Below, piece after piece: positions 38,420-50,960 of a stretch of 64,000 nucleotides of DNA. Position numbers and translations under genes: made by a program. Position 1 is the stretch's first letter. Each line of letters starts with the position of its first letter. Below the pieces are notes generated by a model, which saw nothing but the letters and a program-made list of their open reading frames with translations, did not search any database and had not been told where the DNA came from. Origin of the DNA: Sminthopsis crassicaudata (taxonomy: Eukaryota); assembly GCF_048593235.1 (NCBI RefSeq), contig NC_133618.1, forward strand, positions 419,138,562-419,202,561. The letters run 5' to 3'.

Positions 38420-41400
38420 ATCATCATGTAAGTCTTCTTGTTGCCGTGTATAATAATCTCCTGGTTCTGCTCATTTCGCTTAGCATCAGTTCATGTGGGT
38501 CTCTCCAAACTTCTCTGAAATCATTCTGCTGTTCGTTTCTTACAGAATAATAGTATTCCATAGCATTCATATACCATAATTTATTCAGCCATTTTCCAAA
38601 TTATGGGCATCCACTGAGTTTCCAGTTTCTTGCCACTATGAAAAAGGCTGCCACATTTTTGCACATGTGGGTCCCTTTCCCTCTTTAAGATCTCATTGGT
38701 ATATAAACCCAGTAGAAACACTGCTGGATCAAAGGGTATGCACGGTTTGATAACTTTTTGAGCATAATTAAAAATTTCTGTCCAGAATGGTTGCATCCAT
38801 TCACATTTCCACCAACAATGTATCAGCGTCCCAGTTTTCCCACATCCCCTCCAACATTAGTCATTATCTTTTCCTGTCATCTTAGCCAATTTGACAGATG
38901 TGTAGTGGTATCTCAGAGTTGTCTTAATTTGCTTTTCTCTGATCAATGGTGATTTGGAGCACCTTTTCATGTGGCTACAAATAGTTTCAATTTCTTTGTT
39001 TGGAAATTGTCTGTTCGTATCCTTTGACCATTTATCAATTGGAGAATGGCTTGACCTATTACAAATTTGAGTCAAATCTTTATATATTTTAGAAATGAGG
39101 CCTTTATCAAATCTTTTGGATGTAAAAATGTTTTCCCACTTTATTTCTTCCCTTCTAATCTTGTCTGCATTAGTTTTGTTTGTACAAAACCTTTTTAATT
39201 TAACATAATAAAAACTATCTATTTTGTGATCAATAATTGTTGTGCCCTTTCTAGAGCCCCCAAGTTGAGGTGACAAAACAAGCCATTGCTTTCTAGAGCC
39301 CCTACACCAGAGTGATTAAAATATACCTTCCTAGTGGAGAAGTGATTAGGCGAGACTCCTGAGGATGGTGGAAAAATGGAGTCCATTTATTTCAAGGATT
39401 TTCCCCTTTATATAATGTAACAAAAACAAGACTGTGCACGTGAGACCATGTAAACGAGTTGATATACATAGTTTGCCACCTGGTATCACTCTGCTTCAAT
39501 CACAATACAAATTTGTCACTACACCCTAATTTCTCATGAAGGCCCGAGAGCCCTGAGGCGAGATGTGGAGCCGAACCAGACATTGTTGGCAGGTTCCCTC
39601 TGGGCTGAAGGGGCTTATACTTCATCCAGAGTTTCCCCATTAACTGTGAGCCTTTACAAATAATAATCTCTAGTTCTTCTTTGGTCACAAATTTCTTCCT
39701 CCTCTACAAATCTGAGAGGTAAACTATCCTATGTTCTTCTAATTTGTTTATAATATCATTCTTTATGTCTAGATCATGAACCCATTTCGACCTGATCTTG
39801 GTATATGGTGCTATGTGTGAGTCTATGCCTACTCTGCCGTACTAGTTTCCGATTTTCACAGCAGTTTTTGTCAAATAGTGAATTCTTATCCCAAAAGTTG
39901 GGGTCTTTGAGTTTGTCAAATACTAGATTGTTATAGTCATTGATAATTGTGTCTGTGAACCTAACCTATTTCACTGATCAACTTCTCTATTTATTTGCCA
40001 GTACCAAATGCTTTTGATGACCACTGCTTTATAATATAGTTTTAGATCTGGTACAGCTAGGCCACCTTCATTTGCTTTTCTCTTCATTAATTCCTTTGAA
40101 ATTCTTGACCTTTTGTTCTTCCCGATGAATTTTGTGGTTATTTTTTTTAGGTCATTAAAATAGTTTCTTGGAAGTTTAATTGATATAGCACTAAATAAAT
40201 AGATTAGTTTAGGGAGTATTGTCAATCTTTATTATATTTGCTGGACCTATCCATAAGCACTTGATATTTTTACAATTGCTTAGATCTGACTTTATTTGTG
40301 TGGAAAGTGTTTTGTAGTTTTGCTTATATGGTTCCTGACTTCTCTTGGGCTGATAAATTTCCAAATATTTTATACTATCAGCAGTTATTTTAAGTGGAAT
40401 TTCTCTTTGTATCTCTTGCGTTGGATTTTGTTAGTGATGTATAAGAATGCTGATAATTTATGTGGATTTATTTTGTATCCTGCAACTTTGCAAAAGTTGT
40501 GGATTATTTCTAATAGCTTTTTAGTTGATTATCTGGGGTTCTCTAAGAATACCATCATGCCATCTGCAAAGAGTGATAATTTGTTTTCTTCATTACCTAC
40601 TCTAATTCCTTCAATCTTCTTTTCTTCTCTTATTGCCAAAGCTAGAATTTCTAATACAATATTGAATAGTCATGGTGATAGTGGGTAATGTTGCTTCACC
40701 CCTAATCTTATTGGGAATGGTTCCCCATTACATATGATGCTTGTTGGTGGTTTTAAATAGATGCTATAGATTGTTTTAAGGAAAATTCCATTTATTCCTA
40801 TACTCGCTAGTGTTTTTATTAGGAATGGGTGTTGGCTTTTATCAAATGCTTTTTCTGCATTTATTGAGATAATCATATAGTTTTTGTTAATTTGGTTATT
40901 GATGTAGTCAATTTTATTAATAGTTTTCATAATATTAAACAAGCCCTACATTCCTGGTATAAATCCTACTTGATTATGGCCTGTTATCCTGGGAATGATC
41001 TCAATAATCTCTTTGCTAATATTTTTATTTAAGATGTTTACATCAATATTCATTAGGGAAATTGGTGTATAATTTTCTTTCTCTGTTTTCTTCCTACCTG
41101 GTTTAGATATCAGTACCATGTGTGTGTCATAAAAGGAATTTGGTATAAATCTTTCATTCCCTATTTTTTTTCAAATAGTTTATATAGTATTGGAGTTAAT
41201 TGTTCTTTAAATGTTTGATAGAATTCACATGATAAATCTATCTGGTCCTGGGGATTTTTTCTTTGTGAGTTAGCTTGTTCTATTTATTTTTCTAAAATGA
41301 AACTATTTAAATAATTTATTTCCTCTTCGAATAATCTGGACAATCTATATCTTTGTAGGTATTCCTCCATTTCACTTAGGTTGTCAAATTTATAGGCATA

Positions 41401-42090
41401 AAGTTGGGCAAAGTAACTTCTAATAGTTGCTCTAATTTCTTCTTCACTGGTGGATATTTCTCCTTTTCATTTTTAAAACTAACAATTTGATTTTCCTCTT
41501 TCCTTTTTTTAATCAAATTAACTAAAGGTTTATCGATTTTGTTGATTTTTTTCATAAAACCAACTCTTAATTTCATTTATTAATTTAATAGTTTTTTTAG
41601 TTTCAATTTTATTGATCTCTCCTTTTATTTTTAGAATTTCAAGTTTGGTATTTGATTGGGGGATTTTAATTTGTTCTTTTTTTAGTTGCAAGCCCAATTT
41701 ATTGATCTTCTCTTTCTCTATTTTATGCAAGTAAGCATCTAGAGATATAAAATTTTCGTTATTACTGCTTTGGCTGTATCCCACAAATTATAGTATGTTG
41801 TCTCATTATTGTCATTCTCTTAGATGAAATTATTGATTGTGTCTATGATTTGCTTTTTCATCTATTCATTTTTTTAGGATGAGATTATTTAATTTCCTAT
41901 TTCTTTTTGGTCTATTTTCCCCTGGTCTTTTATTGAATGTAATTTTTATTGCATCATGATCTGAAAAAAAATGCATTTGCTATTTCTGCCTTTCTTCATT
42001 CGATTTTGAGGTCTTTATGTCCTAATATATGGTCAATTTTTGTATAGGTCCCATGAACTACCAAGAAGAAAGTGTACTTCTTTCTGTCTC
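38420..42090 (-). pseudogene. Decayed L1 ORF2p (endonuclease/reverse transcriptase)
   Basis: KEYTFF.VHGTYTKIDHILGHKDLK (EN); YMIISINAEKAFDK (RT, 40670-40942); ILPKLIYLFSAISIKLPRNYF...GGLAVPDLKLYYKAVVIKSIWYW (39971-40225); many stops and frameshifts. Confidence 0.92.
39238..39658 (-). mobile_element. Solo LTR (421 bp) of a different ERV family
   Basis: TG...CA termini, 6-bp TSD aataat (39232-39237 / 39659-39664); on the minus strand TATAAA precedes AATAAA (about 39385-39412). Confidence 0.88.
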
Positions 42091-42264
42091 TATTTCTTGC
42101 CTCTAAAACTTAAGTTTTAATGATACTTTATCCACAGAATTCTTTAAAGTAAGCTTGTGTCATCTCTGCCATCTTGGCTCTGCCCCCAGAAGTGTCTTTC
42201 TTTTTTTCTCTATTTTTCCTTCTTTCCTTCTTTTCCTATCTCTCTCTTTCTTTCTTTCTGTAAA

Positions 42265-42529
42265 TGTGCTAGGTGGCACAGTGGATAGAGTGCCTGGCCT
42301 GAAGTCAGAAAGATTCTTCTTCTTGAGTTCAAATCTATCTTCAGATATTTACTAGTTTGTGTGACTTTGGACAAGTCATTTAACCCTGTTTGCCTCAGTT
42401 TTTCCACTTGTAAAATGACCTGAAGACAGAATTGGCATTCCATTCCACTATCTTTGCCAAGAAAACCCCAAAAAGGATCACAAAAAAATTGGACTTTATT
42501 GAAAACATGACTAAACAACAAGAACAAAA
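42265..42529 (+). mobile_element. Mar1-type CORE-SINE
   Basis: ctaggtggcacagtggatagagtgcctggcctgaagtcagaaag (A box), gagttcaaatc (B box), tatctttgccaagaaaacccc. Confidence 0.88.
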
Positions 42530-42619
42530 TACACACACATATACATACATACATACATACAAACACATATATTGTATGTATATATATGCACAAAGAGAAA
42601 TTGAGAGACAGAAAGATAA

Positions 42620-42870
42620 TCATTCATTCAATAAGCATTTATTAAACACCTACTATATGCCAAGCACTCTGCTAAGCACTGGAAATTGAATTGAATTGAA
42701 TGAAAAAGAAGCAAAAGACAATCACTTCTCTCAAGGAGCTCACAATCTAATGGAAGAGAAAGCATACAAAAAAGCAAATATTGAGCAAGCCATATACAAC
42801 ATAAATGAGGAATAATTAAAAGAGGGAATTTTAAAAGGTTAGGATTTTAAGATGGGATTTTAATTGGAAA
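42620..42870 (-). mobile_element. L2 3' end
   Basis: cattcattcaataagcatttattaaacacctactatatgccaagcactctgctaagcactgg. Confidence 0.85.
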
Positions 42871-42879
42871 AAGAGATAG

Positions 42880-44425
42880 TTGTTATCCAAAATCAAAGAG
42901 GATCAAAATGACATCACTGTGTCAGTCAATGTACAGGGTATCCAAGTGTGGCTGATAAAACCAGCATGAGCTCTGCAGACAAAATAATCCATGTAAATAT
43001 TTGTATTGGATATATCTCTAAATTTTCATGTCTCACATGTTTTGAGTTATTGCATTCTACTTTGCTCATTGAACACAGAATCTTCTTTGATTTGAGCACA
43101 TCAAGCTGAGTGGTCCTGTGCCAGTGTTTCCAATGTCTCACAAGAGATTCCAAAGAGACCTTGAGAATGCTCTTTTCTCTCTTCTTCTAACATCTGTGTG
43201 AGATCTCATTTTGTGTGATTTCTCTTTCAGGCAAATGTACATCTGGCCTTTGAACAATATGGCCAGTCCATCAGAATTGAATTCTCTGCAACAGAGTTGA
43301 ATGCTTGGTAGTTTAACTCAAGAAAGAAGATCAGTGTCTGTTACTTTATATTGTCAGTTGCTCTTTAGAGTCTTCCTAAGACAATTAAAACAAATGATTC
43401 ATTCCTCTGACATGTCACTGTATGTTCAGGCCTCACAGGCATACATATGGCAATAAGATCAGCACAATGGGTCTATAGAGCCTCCCTTTGGTAAGCAGCC
43501 TAATACCTTTTCTCTCCCACACTTTCCTGTAGAGCCTCCCAAATACTGAGCTAGCTCTGGCAATGCATGTATCAACTTCTTCATCTATGTACACACTCCT
43601 GGAAAGTATACTCCCAAGGCAAATGATCTACTTATCCCTAACATTAAAAATTTCTCCATTTGCTGTTCCCAATGATTCATATGTGGATGGTACAAAGCTG
43701 ATAGGTGAAGAACCTATATTTTCTTGGTGTTAATTGTCAGGCCAAAATTACCACAAGCAACAGAAAATTGAGCCATTTTCAGGGGCTGCATTGAGTGAGT
43801 ACACAATCATCTGTGAACAAAAAGTATATACCAACTCTCCCTACACTTTAGTCTTGGTTTGTAGCATTTTCAAGTCAAATAACTTATATTTGACTTGAAA
43901 ATACAGTAGTTAACATGGAAGCCATTTTCATCCTCATTGAAGGTACCCATCTACATCTCTGAAAACATCATGGAAGTATACCTGCTTCACTCCTTTGGTG
44001 ACTGGGGAGACTCTCAAGATTCATCCATTATCTCGACCCTGTGGATACATGGCATCAAGGACATAACACATGAACTTCTGGAAGTAACTAAATTGTATAA
44101 TGAACTTCCATAATCCCTCACAACTGACTTTCAAAGGTGTCAAAATGGCCTTTGATCAGGTCTTCTTCCGCCCTTTCTGAAGCCTTATAGACAAACATCT
44201 TCTAAGTGAAGGATCAGCCTATTAAGGAGGACTCTGGCAAGAAGCTTGCCAGCAGTGATTAAGAGAGAGCTGCACATACTACCTCCGTTGGTGTTTGTCA
44301 TAGCATCATCTATTTCCTTTTCATTTATAGAAATGGGCAATGGAAGTATTCTTGAACTCCTAAGGGATAACCTCTTCTTGCCATATAATCCAGCCCTCAG
44401 TGAGTTTTAAATCTAGGTGGGTCAA
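42880..44425 (-). mobile_element. RTE-clade LINE, internally deleted and decayed
   Basis: Minus-strand relics of the RTE RT: AGKLLARVLLNRLILHL, GFRKGR…DL.KA, ADDCVL, FGLTINTKK, YLGS-like region, and C-terminal LISH. Confidence 0.85.
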
Positions 44426-45267
44426 GGTTTTTCAAAGGTTAATGTTGAAAAATTTTCTGTGCATATGTTTTGAAAATAAAAAGCTTCAATAAAAAAATAA
44501 AGTAAAAAAAATCTAGGTGAAAGAAATGCATAAATGGTTAAATAAGAAGCCAGTATACAAGTAATGTTAAATAGCTGCACAGATGATGAGATGTCATTTA
44601 TGAGCTTTGCCCTGAAAAGGGAAAACCATATGGTTAATCCCAGTTGATATCCAAGAAAAAGATAATTGGAGAGCACCATGTCCTTGAAAGGGCATGAGGA
44701 ATCAGCAAATTACTGGTAAGATTGGATAAAGAAATTGAATAAAGTATAGATAGATGGATAGATAAGTGAAAATAATTAAGCATTTATTATGCATTAAATA
44801 CTATGATAAATGCTGGGGATGCAAATATAAATGACATAGTTTCTGCTTTCAAGAAACTTACATTCTTAATATAGAGAAACCATAGAGGTATGGGAAATGG
44901 CAGAGATGGCAAGTAGTTCTATAGATGCATCAATTACTATCCGCTTTCTAGGAGCAATGACAATATGGATTTGACTATGATTTCACAGCTATAAAGTTGG
45001 AGAGAAATGGCAAAATCTAGTGGTCTGGAGGGTGTCATGATAAACTGGGCTGATTGCAAGAAGATGAAAAGACTAGAATGTTAGAATGTGAAGGATGGCT
45101 GGGACTGGCTAGACAGTGAGTCATCTAACACAATTGCCAATCAGGTCAGCAGGGACTAACCTACCCACTCATTCCATCCCCTTCCCTCCACAAAAAAAGG
45201 AAAGAAAACGGAAGAATTTGTGAAACTATAGGCAAGGGAAAATTACTTTTATTCCAGGCATTATTCT

Positions 45268-45690
45268 TGCCCCAGAGTTCTTAACCTGGGGTTCATGAAC
45301 TTGATGTTTTAAAATGTTTTGATAACTGCTAACTAATATGGTGGGTTAAACACTGGTCTTGGAATCAGGAAGATCTGAGTTCAAATCCTGCATCAGGCAT
45401 TTTCAAAAAGTGTAGATCTGGTCAAGTAAGTCACTTAATTCTTCAGACTGTTTTACTTGATTTTCACAATAAGCTGGTATGATAGGTGCTATTATTATAG
45501 AATAATATAGCACTCCCTAAATTTTAAAGTAAATAGATACCATCATCATCACAGCAGCATTTCTATAAAATTAGTTCTTTGTGTAATCTTTTCAAAATTT
45601 TATTTTATGCATTTAAAATATTATTCTGAGGACTCTGAGGCTTAACAAGATGGTAAAAAGGGTCCATTATACAAAAAGGTCAAAAAGGCC
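45268..45690 (+). mobile_element. hAT-Charlie-type MITE (MER113-like) interrupted by a MIR (about 45335-45550)
   Basis: cagagttcttaacctggggttcatgaac...ttttattttatgcatttaaaatattattctgag...gggtccattatacaaaaaggt; a related copy lies at 62670-62880. Confidence 0.6.
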
Positions 45691-45739
45691 TTTTTTGGAC
45701 TATTTTAAAAAGGATATTTTATAACTATCTTTTTTTTTA

Positions 45740-46570
45740 AGTGGCAATAATGTAAATATGCCAGCTTAGCTCCATCAGGGTCATGTCAAAATTAACCTCA
45801 TTTCCCTGTTGGTTAGGCTTATTGGTCTGTTATATCAGAGGAATGCCATCTGCACAATTTGCCTAGATTTGAATTATATACTTTATCAAGTTTCTTACAA
45901 TATTCTTTTAGCAAAGAATAAGTGATATAAGCTAGATAATAGGATAATAGGTAGATTCAAGCCTAGTCCAATAGAATAGTTATTAATGCTTCTATGTCAA
46001 TTTGAAAAGTTTCAAGCTTTTATCTTTGGTCACATACTGATTAAAAGTTTTAACAATGACTTAGATAAAGGTGTAGATGGCACGATTATTAAATTTTCAG
46101 ATGACAAGCTAAGAGGTAGAGCTAACACACTAGATGACAGAGTTGAGATCTCCCGAAAAAAAAGATCAATAGGCAAGAATGTCATATCAGAGCTAAGAAT
46201 ATTAAATTTTCTAGGGATAATTATAAAGAGGGACATTTCAGCTACTGCCTCCCCCCACTTTCCCCCTTGCAAAAAAAAAACCTAAACAAAACAAAACAGC
46301 TTTACAAATACATAATGGTAGAGACAGACATTAATTCACCAAAAAAAAGATCTGGAGGTTTTAGTGGACTGAAAGCTCAAATTAGTCAAGACAGTAATAA
46401 GGCTACCAGATAAATGAATAAAATTTTATGATACTTTAAGTGGCTTAGAGCTTAGAACTACCTAGTAATAGTGCTTCTGAATCCTATCCTGATGAGACCA
46501 CAGCTGGATCGTTGTATTCAGGACAGGGTATTATATCTTAAGGAAGATTGTATTATAATGTACAAAAAGA
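45740..46570 (+). mobile_element. CR1/L3 LINE reverse-transcriptase fragment
   Basis: ORF 45986-46285 FNNDLDKGVDGTIIKFSDDKLRGRANTLDDRV resembles the CR1 FINDLDEG...KFADDTKLGG motif. Confidence 0.85.
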
Positions 46571-47339
46571 CTTGTTGCAATCTTTCACATTTCACATTCT
46601 TGTCCTTTATTCTGGACTTCATACCATGCTGCCTTCTGAACAGTATCATATATTTACTTTAAGCAACATGGTTTCACCCATATAGAATCTTCCCTAGTCA
46701 CAGGAAGTAAAATATTCTGCAATTTAAAATCCTAAAGAGTTTCCTTGTGTATTAAAAGATTCAATGATTTTTCCAGGGTCATAAAGCCACTAGGTGTCAG
46801 AGGCAGGACATGAACTGGGGTCACTCATACTCCAAATTCTGCTCTTTATATATGATGTGACACGGGATCTCCATAAAGATAGTCCCTAAATCAGAAGAAA
46901 GCATTTCCTGGGGGCTGATAATAGTTGTTTAATATTGCAAAAGAGGATCTATCCTAGGAGCAAAAAGTACGGAGTGGACAGAGAATGTGGTATGAATCAA
47001 GTCACCATTTACTGCAATTCTTCGAATCATACAGTAGGAGAATAGCAGGAAATTAGCATGAGTGAGAGAGTATATGAAATGAGATCCAATGCTAAACTAA
47101 TACCCAAGGCTGGTATGAGGTCTATTTAGTGGGAGTGGAAAAAAAGTAGGTACTAAGGTGAAGTGAACCTATTGCTTTAAATCCTAAGTTTATGCATAGT
47201 TCTACAAGTAATGCCTTCCCATGAAGTGAAGTATTTAAAGAGCAATGAGTAGAGATCTCCAACAGATGCTATGATTAAATGACACCATTCTCAGACTACA
47301 AGAATCTTTGCACATGTAAAGAAAGTGAGTTTGGCTCAA

Positions 47340-47960
47340 CAATACCACTTTGAGGTTTATCCCCCAGAGGGATCAAAGAAGGAAGAAAAGGACCAAATAT
47401 AAAACTATTTTAGCAGTTCCTTTTACAGTGGCAAAGAATTGGAAACTAAGGATATGTCCATCAATTGAGGAATAGCTAAACAGATTATGGCATAGGAATA
47501 AACAAAATACTATTGTACAATAAGAAGTGATGAAAGGAGTAGTTTCTGAAAAGCCTGAAAAGACTTTCATGAACTGATGCACAGTGAAGAGAGCAAAATG
47601 AGAACATTTTATGAAAATAGCAACATTATAATAATAGCCTATTCAAAAGACTAAATTTTGAATCAAGGAATGATCAAAAATAATTCCAGAGGACTGATGA
47701 AATGTGTTCTCCACAGAGAAGTGAATTCAAAGCATAGAGTAAAACTTTTTTTTTTTAAATTATGGTTACTATAATTAAAAAAAAAAGTTTTACTCTATGC
47801 TTTGAATAGGGTAAAACTTTTTTTTAAATTATGGTTACTAAGAATATTTGTTTTACTTAATTACACATGTTGTTTACAAGGTTTTGGTTTTTGTTTAACA
47901 GGGGGGAGAGGGACAGGTGGAAGTGAAGAAAAAATAGATTTGTTTCCATTGAAAAAAGGA
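47340..47960 (+). mobile_element. L1 3' end fragment
   Basis: gtggcaaagaattggaaactaagg...catcaattgaggaatagctaaacagattatgg is the L1 ORF2 end/3' UTR. Confidence 0.8.
47725..47840. repeat. Inverted repeat (47725-47807) plus direct repeat: forward-inverted-forward triplication
   Basis: attcaaagcatagagtaaaac-T11-aaattat / ataatt-A10-gttttactctatgctttgaat, then ag(g)gtaaaac-T8-aaattatggttacta repeats the left arm. Confidence 0.95.
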
Positions 47961-49339
47961 CATTTTTTAAAAGCACATAACTTATGATGAAAAGAGGGGT
48001 TGTGGAGAATCACAAATGGACCTGGATCTTGGAAAATGATTGAGATTAGAAGAACTGGATTATAATAGGATTACTTACACTGATATGTAATTCACAAAGA
48101 TCTTTCAAAGCACTAAAATACATTTCTCTTGCAAACAAGAAGGAAATTCCTTCCCTAAAGGCAAAAGTAATATATTATATTTTTACTGCCTCCCCCACAA
48201 TACCCTAAGAGAGGACTCTATAACCAGTGAGTAGTCAAAGTACTTTCCTCATAATAACCTTTTTAGTAGTGCAGTAATTGTATGTTTATTTTACAGATGA
48301 GAAGATTGGGTTCACAAAAGTCAAATGACTTCTCTAAGGTAGCACAATCCATAAATATTGGACTTGGAACTTCAATTTTTAACTGAAAATTCCAAGCTTT
48401 TTTTTTTTTTTTTTTTTTTTACTACATAGTGTCTTCCAAAGGCTTATGTAAGGGCTTGTGTTTTTCTGTACAGGGAAATAAATTCCAGATTCAATAATGT
48501 GTAAAAAGAAAATCTGGCTTAGATAATTTTTCTTGTCATTTTTTTTTAATTAGGTGTTTCAATGACCTGAAATCAGATGAGTGAAGTTTACATTTTTACT
48601 AACCATGGTGGGCTATTATCCTAAAATCTTCATACCTAAAATGAATAAAACAGAAGATGAAGATCATGGGTCCAGGTCTGGAGCTGGGAGTTTAGAGACC
48701 ATCTAAGCCAAAGTCTCATTCAAAAATCTTTCTCATTTTTCTTTTGCTAGCGACCTTTATTCATAATGTTACTGAGTAAAGAAAGTTGATAGTCAAACAA
48801 AGGCAGTGAAGACATCCACAGTCATGAACTAGTATGTATTTATAGTTATATGCATATGTCTATAGCTGTGAATATATAAATAGAAATAACTTGATGCTCT
48901 TTTTGTGTACACCTATAAAAAATGAGAACAGTGAGACAAATTTTGTAGATAAGGTATAGAATGAAAGGGATGATTCTATCAGTCCATGTCTAAACATTTC
49001 ATTCTAACAGATCACCTGATCTGTTTCAGCAAGGAATTCCTGCATAGCTGCTACACACTGATTCTGTTACTAGGTGAATACTCCAAAGATGGAAAGATGT
49101 TTAACAAAAGCTTCTTATTTGTAACCAAAATCTCTCGTCTTACCAAGCATGCTCAAATTGCCTGCCATAAAATATACAGGATGCAGCTTGTACTTTGTGC
49201 ATTTTAATCCTAGATTTAATTGAAAATAACCAAGAGAGAGACATCAGTTTCAATAAAAGGGTTCAGGAAAGGAAAATTCAAATATTGGTAGCAGCTGGAA
49301 GGGTTCTGGTGAATGTATCTTAGTAGAGATCAGCCTTGT

Positions 49340-49590
49340 TTTCATTACCCTTTCCTCCAGGAAGTCTACTCTGATTTTCCCCAAGGCAAGAGTAAGCTCA
49401 TTCTCCTTTCAACTCCTGTAGTGCTATGATTGCACTACTTTGACTCCATCACACACCGAAGGCAGTGTATTGCAGTTAGAAGACTATATTACCATCTTTC
49501 CTATCCATTGTAAGGTCTTTGAGGGTAGAGACACTGTCTTATAAATTTACCTATCTCCCTATGCAGCTTAAACATAGTTGATATTCAACA
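49340..49590 (+). mobile_element. L2 3' fragment
   Basis: attgtaaggtctttgagggtagagacactgtctt...acatagttgatattcaacattt. Confidence 0.6.
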
Positions 49591-50327
49591 TTTTTTTTTA
49601 ACATTATCACTACATGTCAGGTAGCTTTTATTGTGATTCAATTGGCAAAACCTCAGACAGACTATTGGATGAATACCAGCTACTTTAAAATACCCCATAA
49701 CAATCTGAAATGGGGAGAGAGACCTAACAGCCCCACCCTCTTGCAAGAAAAAAGCATCCAGTGTATCTATAGTTTTTGTTTTTGTTTTTGTTTTTTTTGG
49801 GGGGTTGTTTACTTAACAGTTAAATAAAAGTATCTTCCTATACTGACAAGATGATGAAATAGGTCTTCCTTCAAAGTCCTGATTTCATGAAGAGGACATT
49901 ATTTTGAAGAGAAAATTCCAACTTTTATTGTGATCTTAGGGAAATCATTTTACTTCTGAGCCTCAGTTTCTTTATGTGTAACAGAAAGAAAGAGAGACCG
50001 AAAGAAAAGAGGGAAGAAAGGAAAAGATCATTTGTTAAATACTTGCTATATGCTGGGTACTAAACTAAGCTTTTTAGAAAGGTTATCTCATTTAATCCTA
50101 CAACAATATAGGAGCTATTACTGCCTCCATTTTACTTTGAGGAAATAGGCAGGCAGGGTTGCCTGAGTCACATACAGATAGTAACTGAGTCTGGATTTAA
50201 ACTTAAGAGTCTCTCAGCTAAGTGCTCTAGACACTGTACCCCTCACTCCAGGTATTTAACTACATCACCTTTCAGGTTCCAGGTTCCTTCTTACTGGAAT
50301 GGTTTCTTAGACTAAGTGATCATGTAG

Positions 50328-50489
50328 CAGGGGTTCTCAAACTAAGGCCAGATGCAGCCCTGCGGGATTATAGCAAATGGGCTGAGGGGTGGAGACAGTG
50401 TTAGCTTTTGTTTTTTACTATAGTCCGGCCCTCCCACAGTCTGAGGGACAGTGAACTGGCCCCCTATTTAAAAAGTTTGAGGACCACTG
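50328..50489 (-). mobile_element. Non-autonomous hAT DNA transposon, OposCharlie1 (OC1)-like, 162 bp
   Basis: TIRs caggggttctcaaact / agtttgaggaccactg; minus strand begins cagtggtcctcaaactttttaaatagggggccagttcactgtccctcagac...ggccggactatag. No perfect 8-bp TSD. Confidence 0.8.
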
Positions 50490-50960
50490 GTGTAAAGGGC
50501 TAGAATACTGAAATAGGAGCCAGGAGGTCATTCTAGACTATGTTCTGGTATTGCATAGACGTTTGACCTTGAGCAAATCTCGACTTCTGTTAAACTGTCT
50601 GTGCAGTAGGAGAGCTTCTGGTGTAGCAGAAGGGAAAAACGTTCTCTGTGATGAGGTAGCTGGGTTTGACTTCAGATTCTGCGGTCTGTGTGAGCTTGAG
50701 CAAGTCACCCTCAGAAGCCATTCCCTCGTGTTTAGAATGGATGAAATTTCCTGGTCTTTGGGTTTAGTTCGGAAGAACGATTAGGGTGCTGGAGCTGAAG
50801 CCAAGGTTCAAAAATCACCCGTGATTCCTATTACCCACGTGACGTTTGGGTAAGTCACTTAAAGCTGCCTCAGTCCCAGTTTCCTCATAAGTAAGAACGA
50901 GAAGATTAGACTAGATGGCCTTTGAAGTCCCTTCTAGCTCTTGATTTATGATCCTATGAA
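50490..50960 (+). mobile_element. MIR/MIR3 cluster just upstream of the CpG island
   Basis: gtgacgtttgggtaagtcacttaa...cagtttcctcataagtaag...attagactagatggcctttgaagtcccttctagctct. Confidence 0.7.

Larger units (their letters stand above)
37025..42195 (-). mobile_element. L1 element (3' UTR, ORF2 from late endonuclease to end, plus a detached 5' terminus), hosting two ERV insertions
   Basis: 3' end aacattgacccttgcaaaac...tcccctagctggcaggtag; ORF2 relics below; 5'-start motif (minus strand) acttctgggggcagagccaagatggcagag at about 42165-42193. Confidence 0.9.

Noticed and set aside
42265-42340. tRNA-like A-box/B-box sequences (also 27040-27122 and 17230-17297)
   Set aside because: These are Pol III promoter heads of tRNA-derived SINEs; there is no cloverleaf or anticodon arm, so they are not tRNA genes.
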